Assembly: GCA_014729795.1 (NCBI GenBank)
Contig: WJJI01000014.1
Location: forward strand, 757-64,756
Direction: 5' to 3'
Length of the DNA: 64,000 nucleotides
From: Candidatus Moraniibacteriota bacterium
Lineage (GTDB): Bacteria; Patescibacteriota; Minisyncoccia; CAIUEV01; JAHKAQ01
Shown: positions 59,063 to 64,000 of the stretch, one piece after another
How the letters are laid out: each line of letters opens with the position of its first letter
Position numbering within the stretch: position 1 is the first letter of the stretch
Translations under genes and position numbers: made by a program
Notes under the pieces: generated by a model
What the model was told of the DNA's origin: nothing
Database searches by the model: none
What the model saw: the letters and a program-made list of their open reading frames with translations, nothing else

Positions 59063-59917
59063 TCATTTTTCTATTTTAGCTTGTAAAGCCTGAACAACTT
59101 TATGAATAACCGGATCCGGGATTGAAGCCCCGGTACAGACCCAAATTTTTTGATTTGGTTTGATGTTTAAGTCTTGCACCTGTTCTGGTTTGTCAATAAA
59201 ATAAGTAGCCGGGTTGTTTTTTTTACAAATTTTATATAATTCCTTGGAATTAGCGCTGAATGGCGAGCCGATCACCACCACTTGATCAGCTTGACCCGCC
59301 TTTTCTCTGGCCTGTCTTTGTCTGTGATAGGTGGCTGAACAAATAGTATTATAAATTTTTAAATCAGAAAAGTTTTGTCTTAGGAATTTTTTTATTTCTT
59401 TAAACTCAGTGATATTTCGGGTGGTTTGCGACACAAGGCCCAGTCGGGTCTCTTTATTAATGTCTTGAGCCAACTCACTAAGTTCTTTTACACTAGCAAA
59501 CACCAAAGCTTTTTTATTGATCGAGCCGTTGATAGCTCGCACCTCTGAATGAGTTTTATCTCCAAATATTAAAACCGTTCGACCCTTAAGAGCCAAAAAG
59601 CGAGCCTTGGCAATCACCCTAGAAACTTTTGGGCAAATCGCGTTTAAAACTTTTATTTTTTTTGCCTTAAGCCGCTGAATAACTTTAGGGTCAACCCCAT
59701 GAGCTGTGATTATGACCGTTCCTTGCCAAGCTTGATCAATATTATCAATTTTTTTAATACCCCATTTCTTTGTTTCTTGTATTACATGTGTATTGTGCAC
59801 CAAGTCTCCTAAAATCTGTACCGGTTTTGGATATGATTTGTAGTTTTTCTTGACCAACTGATAAGCTCGACGCACTCCGGAGCAAAAACCAATTTTACTA
59901 GAAAGTTCTATAGCCAT
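59063..59917 (-). CDS. ispH: 4-hydroxy-3-methylbut-2-enyl diphosphate reductase
   Basis: GFCSGVRRA, LVHN, TAHG, ICPKV, SQTT, TICSATYHRQ, SANS. Confidence 0.93.
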   Translation of the reverse strand: MAIELSSKIGFCSGVRRAYQLVKKNYKSYPKPVQILGDLVHNTHVIQETKKWGIKKIDNIDQAWQGTVIITAHGVDPKVIQRLKAKKIKVLNAICPKVSRVIAKARFLALKGRTVLIFGDKTHSEVRAINGSINKKALVFASVKELSELAQDINKETRLGLVSQTTRNITEFKEIKKFLRQNFSDLKIYNTICSATYHRQRQAREKAGQADQVVVIGSPFSANSKELYKICKKNNPATYFIDKPEQVQDLNIKPNQKIWVCTGASIPDPVIHKVVQALQAKIEK

Positions 59918-59983
59918 AAATATTTTTGTTAAGATCTTTAATCTTTTTATTAGCGTTAATCCGTAAGATAAATATTTTTGTTA

Positions 59984-61054
59984 TCAGTATTTTCTATTCA
60001 ATACATAATCAGCCAAAGCTAATAAAAATTCTTGGGTTTTGGTTGGCAGTTTTAGAGCCTTAAGTTCTAGCTTAGCCTGCTTTATTAATGCTTGGCTTTT
60101 TGCTTCACAATCATGAAGCGCCTTGGTCGAATGCGCCAACTGCTTATAGAAATCCAACTCCTTTTGATCGGGGGTCTGTTTTCGCTGTATCATTTGCTCT
60201 AGTTTTCTTTTTTCCGCCGGCTTAGACGCGATTAACATTTTCCTGGTCAGTAAAGTTTGTTTACCTTCTTGAATATCTGATCCGATATCTTTACCCAATT
60301 CTTTTTTAGAGCTAAAAATTCCAATCAAGTCATCTTTGATCTGATAAGCCACGCCTAAATTCATAGCATAATTAGCAAGCCCTCTTTCTAGTTGTTTCTT
60401 GCTTTGTCCCAACGCCAAGCCAATCAAAAGTGGATTTTCAAACGTGTATTTAGCTGTTTTTAGCATGTAGATATTAAGGATTTGCGTTTGAGTCAGGTTT
60501 TGATCATTGACGTTTAGATCCAAAGACTCGCCAGCCAGGGTATGAAATAAAGAATCATTCATTTGTTCCAAAATCCGTTGCTTCTTGTTTGCCTCTATAT
60601 GAGCTTGGTTTACAAGTTTAATGCTTAAATTAAAAGCCAAATCCGACGAGATAAAAGCCTGAGCTTGGCCAATTCTTTCAGCGTTCAGAGCGTTTAACCT
60701 CAATCGGCTTTGGTTTTGAGCGAAAAGCCGATATAAAGTTGGCCGCCCCCTTCTTGTTTGGTCTCGATCAAACACATCATCTTGGATTATCAAAAATGCG
60801 TGAATCAATTCTATGGCCGCGGCTAAGTCATAAACTATTTCTCTTTTTACCCGGCTTTGCGCTGCTTGGGCTCCTTGCATCACTAAAGCAGCTCTAAGTC
60901 TTTTGCCGCCGTTTAAAACAAAATGGCTAAAAGCCTGGTATTGTTTTTGAAAAGCCGGATTAATTTGAGCCGCTTTCTCGCTTTCTTGGTCAAGAATATT
61001 TCCAAGGTGGTCTTCGATTTGTTTTTTTACTTGATCAAGTTTTTTTCTGAGCAT
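59984..61054 (-). CDS. polyprenyl diphosphate synthase (probably short-chain, GGPP/FPP)
   Basis: GGKRLR, FARM QDDVFD..RRG, KTAKY, second motif QIKDDLIG, DIQEGK. Confidence 0.9.
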   Translation of the reverse strand: MLRKKLDQVKKQIEDHLGNILDQESEKAAQINPAFQKQYQAFSHFVLNGGKRLRAALVMQGAQAAQSRVKREIVYDLAAAIELIHAFLIIQDDVFDRDQTRRGRPTLYRLFAQNQSRLRLNALNAERIGQAQAFISSDLAFNLSIKLVNQAHIEANKKQRILEQMNDSLFHTLAGESLDLNVNDQNLTQTQILNIYMLKTAKYTFENPLLIGLALGQSKKQLERGLANYAMNLGVAYQIKDDLIGIFSSKKELGKDIGSDIQEGKQTLLTRKMLIASKPAEKRKLEQMIQRKQTPDQKELDFYKQLAHSTKALHDCEAKSQALIKQAKLELKALKLPTKTQEFLLALADYVLNRKY

Positions 61055-61910
61055 GAGCTAGCTGATAGCAAATTAATAAATTTTCCAATAACATAGCAAT
61101 GGTCATTGGCCCGACCCCACCCGGCACCGGCGTAATAGCTCCGGCTTTTTGGGCCGCTGAGTCAAAATCAAAATCTCCCTGAAGCTTTTTACCCATTCTA
61201 GAGATTCCCACATCAATTAAAATTGAATCGGCTTTAATCATATCCGCTTTTATAAAACCAGGTTTACCAATAGCGGAAACCAGTAACTCGGCTTTTTGAG
61301 TATGATTTTTTAAATTTCGAGTTTGGCTATGACAAATAGTAACCGTACAATCTTGGTTCAACAATAATTGAGCCATGGGTTTGCCCACAATGTTGCTTCT
61401 GCCGATCACTACTGCCTGTAAGCCCTTTAAATCCAGTTTTAAACTTTGAATTAATCGCAAACAGCCCTTAGGAGTGCAAGGAGTCAAATCTTGGTCGCTG
61501 CCGGAGCTAAAGAATCGTCCCAAGTTTCTAGAAGTCAAACAGTCAACATCCTTAATCGGATCGATTAAATCGAGAACCGGTCCTGGTTCAATCGGTTCAG
61601 GCAAAGGCAGTTGCACTAAAATCCCGGTTGTTTTTGGATCATTGTTTAATTTTCTTATAGTCTGCTTAATTAAACAATTTCCTGATTTGTAAGCTTGAAT
61701 CGCCTGCTTTGCGTTAATCTTAATAACCTGAGAGATTACGCCGGCTTCATCGCAAGCTTTTTGTTTCATGCCAACGTAAACCCGGGACGCTTGATCTTCC
61801 CCAACCAAAATCACACTCAACTTAGCTTCAGCCTTTAAAGCAAGTAAGCGTTTTTTTACATCAGCTCTGATTCTTTTAGCTTGATTAGCTCCGTCAATAA
61901 TTTTTGTCAT
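61035..61910 (-). CDS. folD: methylenetetrahydrofolate dehydrogenase/cyclohydrolase
   Basis: YVGMKQK, GILVQLPLP, KDVD, PCTP, GRSNIVGKP, TPVPGGVGPMT. Confidence 0.96.
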   Translation of the reverse strand: MTKIIDGANQAKRIRADVKKRLLALKAEAKLSVILVGEDQASRVYVGMKQKACDEAGVISQVIKINAKQAIQAYKSGNCLIKQTIRKLNNDPKTTGILVQLPLPEPIEPGPVLDLIDPIKDVDCLTSRNLGRFFSSGSDQDLTPCTPKGCLRLIQSLKLDLKGLQAVVIGRSNIVGKPMAQLLLNQDCTVTICHSQTRNLKNHTQKAELLVSAIGKPGFIKADMIKADSILIDVGISRMGKKLQGDFDFDSAAQKAGAITPVPGGVGPMTIAMLLENLLICYQLAHAQKKT

Positions 61911-62546
61911 CTGGCTTGTTTATTTTATTTAAAAAAATTCTTAACCCTTATTTTGCTCTTTTTATATCATCTTAGCCTTTAAATGACAATTTGTCCTTAT
62001 TCTGCAACGCTGAGGTTTTTTGTGAAAAACAGAGAAATTATCTACTTGTTTTTTTTGGAATTTGACCACCTGTTTTACCACTGCAGCGATTAGAACAATT
62101 TTTAGGCTTGGAAGTAAAATGAAATTAAGAAACAGTCGAGCTAAATTAAGTAGCTATGAAAAAGGAATATTAGACAAATGTATTTTCCTCAAAACGCAAC
62201 CTTAAATCTGCAACGGCATTGGTTGACTTTAATTTACAAGCCTTATACTATTTTATCATACAGATACTGCAATCTTAAATTTTATTGTGACAGACCCAGA
62301 ATTATTTCATTTAGGTGATAAAGTTTTTCGTCGTAAAGAAAAAAGCACTTAGAGAACTTATAAGGTTATGTGAAAAAGCCCTTTAAGGAAAACCTGTCTA
62401 TATTTCTTTAATTTGGTCGGTGTGATTGTTAAGACAAGATTTGATACTTTAGGCATCTAGCCAGAACCTTGAGGGATATTGTGCTAGAAAAATTCAGAGA
62501 TTAATAATTTTAAAAAAAAGAATCGAAAACTTCAAATAAATATCTC

Positions 62547-64000
62547 ATGATTAAAATTAAACAGAATAATTCAAAAGTAGAAAATTATTATCAAAAAAAA
62601 AGCGGCTATAAACTGCAATATCCGCCAACCGAAAAAGCCAAACTTTTAATGCTTGATAATTTCCCGATCATGGGAAAGCTGACCGCTTTGCGTTTCATTG
62701 AATGGGTTTTGGAAAATAATGACGGAGTGGTGGCCTTGCCTACCGGAAAAACTCCGGAGCATTTTATCAAATGGAGCAAATATATTCTTCAAAACTGGAA
62801 TAAGAAAGAAATCAAGCAAATGCTTTCTGAGCATGGCCTCAAAAGCGGTAAAAAGCCCAAAATAAATCGTTTGAAATTCGTTCAAATCGACGACTTTTAT
62901 CCGATTTATCCGAAATGGAAAAACAGTTTTTATTATTATGTAAACAAATATTACTTGAAAGACTTCGGATTTTCAAAAGAAAAAGCCTTGTTAATAGACC
63001 CTTCAAGAACCGGTTTAAAAAAAGGAGAAGTTTTGGAGGATGTTTTTCCAAATTTTTTAGTGGATTTAAGCTTACGCTACCGAAAGGCTAAAACCAAGCT
63101 TGAAACAAGACAAAAGAGCGTAATTCAAGCTGTAGATGAATTTTGCCGGCAATATGAAGAGAAAATCAGAGATTTAGGCGGAATTGGTTTTTTTCTAGGC
63201 GGAATCGGTCCGGACGGCCACATCGCTTTTAATGTGTCCGGCAGCGACTTTCATTCCGACACCAGACTGACTAACATAAACTATGAAACAGCGGCGGCGG
63301 CCGCAACAGACTTGGGCGGTATTGAAGTAAGCAGAAAAAGACTGGTAATCACTATCGGACTTGAAACAATTGCTTATAATCCCGATGTCTGCGCCATTGT
63401 CATCGCCGCCGGAGAAGCCAAAAGCGAAATCGTGGCAAAAGCCGTTCAGGAAAAGGCGAGCATTAACTGTCCGGCTTCGATTCTGCAAAGAATAAAAAAC
63501 GGCGTTTTTTATTTAACCAAAGGAGCGGCCAAGCAATTGGAACAAAGAAATTTAATAGCTTTATCCCAGCGGAAAAAACTTGACGAAAAAGAAGAAAATA
63601 AAATAATTATCGATCATTCTTTAAAAAACAAGATTCAGATAAAAAACATCAAGGAAAATAAGGCAAAAAAAGATAAATTTTTAGCAATTCTGCTTCAAAA
63701 ATCAAATAAAAAATTAAACGATTTAAAAAAACAGACTAAAAAAAGCCTCACAAATTCCATTGAAAAATCGCAAAAATCGATCAAGAATGAGATCATTTTG
63801 CACACCAACCCTCATCATGACGATGAAATGCTGGGTTATTATCCTTTAATTCGCGACCTGATTAAGGAAGAATCCAATAAAAACTATTTTAATTATTTGA
63901 CTTCCGGCTTTACTTCGGTTTCAAACATTTATGTTTTAAAACAAGTAAAAACCGTTTTGGATCATATTGAAGCTTTGGATTTGGAAAAAAAATTTAAAAA
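62547..64000 (+). CDS. glucosamine-6-phosphate deaminase fused to a PIG-L-like deacetylase domain, running off the window end (absent from the ORF track)
   Basis: Manual translation from ATG 62547: MIKIKQNNSKVE...ALPTGKTPE...FVQIDDFYP...LGGIGPDGHIAFN...TRL...ITIGLETI...HTNPHHDDEMLG. Confidence 0.85.
   Translation, partial: MIKIKQNNSKVENYYQKKSGYKLQYPPTEKAKLLMLDNFPIMGKLTALRFIEWVLENNDGVVALPTGKTPEHFIKWSKYILQNWNKKEIKQMLSEHGLKSGKKPKINRLKFVQIDDFYPIYPKWKNSFYYYVNKYYLKDFGFSKEKALLIDPSRTGLKKGEVLEDVFPNFLVDLSLRYRKAKTKLETRQKSVIQAVDEFCRQYEEKIRDLGGIGFFLGGIGPDGHIAFNVSGSDFHSDTRLTNINYETAAAAATDLGGIEVSRKRLVITIGLETIAYNPDVCAIVIAAGEAKSEIVAKAVQEKASINCPASILQRIKNGVFYLTKGAAKQLEQRNLIALSQRKKLDEKEENKIIIDHSLKNKIQIKNIKENKAKKDKFLAILLQKSNKKLNDLKKQTKKSLTNSIEKSQKSIKNEIILHTNPHHDDEMLGYYPLIRDLIKEESNKNYFNYLTSGFTSVSNIYVLKQVKTVLDHIEALDLEKKFK

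Noticed and set aside
61911-62546. glmS ribozyme or another riboswitch ahead of the NagB-like gene
   Set aside because: The conserved core motifs were not recognisable.
62646-63488. Three minus-strand ORFs of 70-97 aa
   Set aside because: They are antisense to the NagB-fusion frame on the plus strand.
1-64000. CRISPR array, integrase, transposase or prophage
   Set aside because: No regularly spaced repeats or recognisable mobile-element proteins were seen; the repeats found are short, in-frame coding duplications.
1-64000. Alternative genetic code (UGA read as Gly or Trp)
   Set aside because: Conserved genes are full length under code 11, and several end properly at TGA (for example 6454-6456 and ispH).

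Overview
Chromosomal window from an AT-rich bacterium using the standard code (TGA is a stop). The gene content suggests a Patescibacteria/CPR (Parcubacteria-like) genome; this is an inference from the PrgI/VirB4/VirB6/pilin cluster without a relaxase, DUF4012, a mini-TsaB, several GT-C glycosyltransferases and mostly SD-less starts. Housekeeping content: gatA, mraY, a D,D-carboxypeptidase, thrS, miaB, miaA, metG, tatD, folD, an MEP/isoprenoid cluster (dxs, ispD, ispH, polyprenyl synthase), tRNA-Thr(CGT), tRNA-Leu(TAG) and an unusually long RNase P RNA. Most notable: (1) a four-gene operon joining a CDP-alcohol phosphatidyltransferase to a split PlsA/PlsR/Ger-like reductase-activase set, a candidate ether-lipid/plasmalogen remodelling system; (2) an AT-rich island with a GNAT, a RaSEA/TIGR01210-like radical SAM and a 7TM-GAF histidine kinase, a candidate signal-synthesis and sensing module; (3) a non-cellulosomal cohesin/dockerin surface locus next to a WxL-like pair; (4) a Thr T-box riboswitch upstream of thrS; (5) a Translin/TRAX-like protein inside the isoprenoid operon. 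No CRISPR array, integrase or transposase was seen. All family calls come from motif recognition by eye and were not database-verified.
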